A DNA stretch of 17,830 bases, taken from the NCBI GenBank assembly GCA_038248345.1, contig JBBRXO010000055.1, positions 1 through 17,830 of the forward strand, in the 5' to 3' direction. The DNA is from Armatimonadota bacterium. GTDB lineage: Bacteria > Armatimonadota > Hebobacteria > CAIYQO01. This document shows positions 16,954 through 17,830 of this stretch, piece after piece; position 1 is the stretch's first letter, and the number at the start of each line of letters is the position of its first letter. A program made the translations under genes and the position numbers. The notes under the pieces are model-generated. The model ran no database searches and had not been told where the DNA came from. It saw nothing but the letters and a program-made list of their open reading frames with translations.

Positions 16954-17247
16954 CTAGGCGGCAAGCAATATTTCGCCTTCCCGCTGCATCAGAATAGATT
17001 CAAAATCTACGTTCTCCGACTGCAAGGTATATGGAATATTTGCCGGAGATACCGCCTCCAGCGCGGTGGAGAGGTTGCGCATCACGTAATAGGCCGCCTG
17101 CGACTGTTGCGGCGAAATCGGGTCGGCAGCGAAACGACGGCGGAGCAGCGTCAAATCAAGCGGGTAATAGTTGCTCCAGGTCTCGCAAAAGAATGATGCA
17201 ATGTCCAGGCCGATGTGAGTCACGGTGACCTGCGCGACATATTTGCG
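16954..17247 (-). pseudogene. Probable internal gene fragment (possibly of a glycoside hydrolase-like protein)
   Basis: Protein-like frame RKYVAQVTVTHIGLDIASFFCETW...AYYVMRNLSTAL...GEILLAA* begins right after the anSME stop with no SD and ends where the sequence turns AT-rich. Confidence 0.45.
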
Positions 17248-17251
17248 CGTA

Positions 17252-17830
17252 TCAGTCGCGCAGCAGGCGCAGTACTTCCATCACGTTAGTGGCGGGACGT
17301 CCCTGGCGGATCTCATTCGCCATCGCCTGCAGTACCTGGGCGCTGTGCGCGAAGAACTGCTGATAGGCGGGGCAGAGGTAGCTGATCGGCTTGCCGTCAT
17401 CGGCGCTGCGCAGGCGATGTTTCGGACAGTCGCCGCCGCAGAAGCGTAACAGCGAGCATTGCCGGCAGGTGGCGGAGATATCCGCCTTCGCCAGGCCGAA
17501 GGCGCGCTGCTCTTTCCCTTCCACGAGTTCTGTCATATTCTCTTCGGTCACGTTCCCACGGAAATACTCCGGATAGACGAAATGGTCGCAGGCGTACAGG
17601 TCACCGTTATGTTCCACCGCCAGCCCACTGCCGCAGGTGAGAGAATGGACGCATAGCGTGGGCGGGCCGCCCAGCCACACATTCAGCGTACACTCAAATA
17701 GTTGTGAGAAGATACTCCCCACGTCATTGCGCGCCCATTCGTCGAAGATGGCGCAAAGGAAGTCGCCAAGTGGCTCCGGGCGTACTGTCCACGGAGTCAC
17801 CTTGCGGCTATCACGTGCCATGCGTTCCAC
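17252..17830 (-). CDS. Anaerobic sulfatase maturase (radical SAM/SPASM; AslB/ChuR/AtsB-like), 3' part only
   Basis: IFDEW...DVG, CVHSLTCG, VEHNGDLYACDHFVYPEY..GN, FG.AK, CRQC....FCGGDCPKHR, YLCPAY..FF. The 5' end lies beyond the window. Confidence 0.95.
   Translation of the reverse strand: MERMARDSRKVTPWTVRPEPLGDFLCAIFDEWARNDVGSIFSQLFECTLNVWLGGPPTLCVHSLTCGSGLAVEHNGDLYACDHFVYPEYFRGNVTEENMTELVEGKEQRAFGLAKADISATCRQCSLLRFCGGDCPKHRLRSADDGKPISYLCPAYQQFFAHSAQVLQAMANEIRQGRPATNVMEVLRLLRD

Noticed and set aside
16151..17830. Radical SAM/SPASM enzyme plus nearby small peptide as a RiPP cluster
   Set aside because: The SPASM sequence carries anSME-type motifs (ACDHFVYPEY, CPKHR); the peptide is two genes away and lacks a plausible core.

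Overview
Bacterial chromosomal window, almost entirely minus-strand coding, in three blocks. (1) 1-2950: a putative metal/redox-homeostasis operon (DUF5320, PNPOx-like, DUF89/ARMT1 phosphatase, DUF1847, a small Cys-rich DUF5320-like protein, a partial ArsP_2-type permease). It lies behind a sigma70-like promoter and a ~170-nt leader rich in hairpins. (2) 3135-9086: housekeeping genes (accB-hom-terminator-mnmA, a zinc-ribbon membrane protein, a short DprA/Smf-like protein, pheS without an adjacent pheT, and tRNA-Lys(UUU) with a non-canonical C55). (3) 9395-17830: an accessory carbohydrate block next to the tRNA (DUF5060/GH5-like, a secreted propeller-PKD-LamG protein, GH99/WbsX-like, a GH-A clan hydrolase, a 31-aa sORF, an SMR/DMT-like membrane protein, a gene remnant, and the 3' half of an anaerobic sulfatase maturase). 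No integrase, transposase or CRISPR array was seen. The best leads are the structured leader/uORF of the metal operon, three SD-less near-leaderless promoters, the C55 tRNA and the glycan cluster. Family calls come from motif recognition by eye, not database searches.
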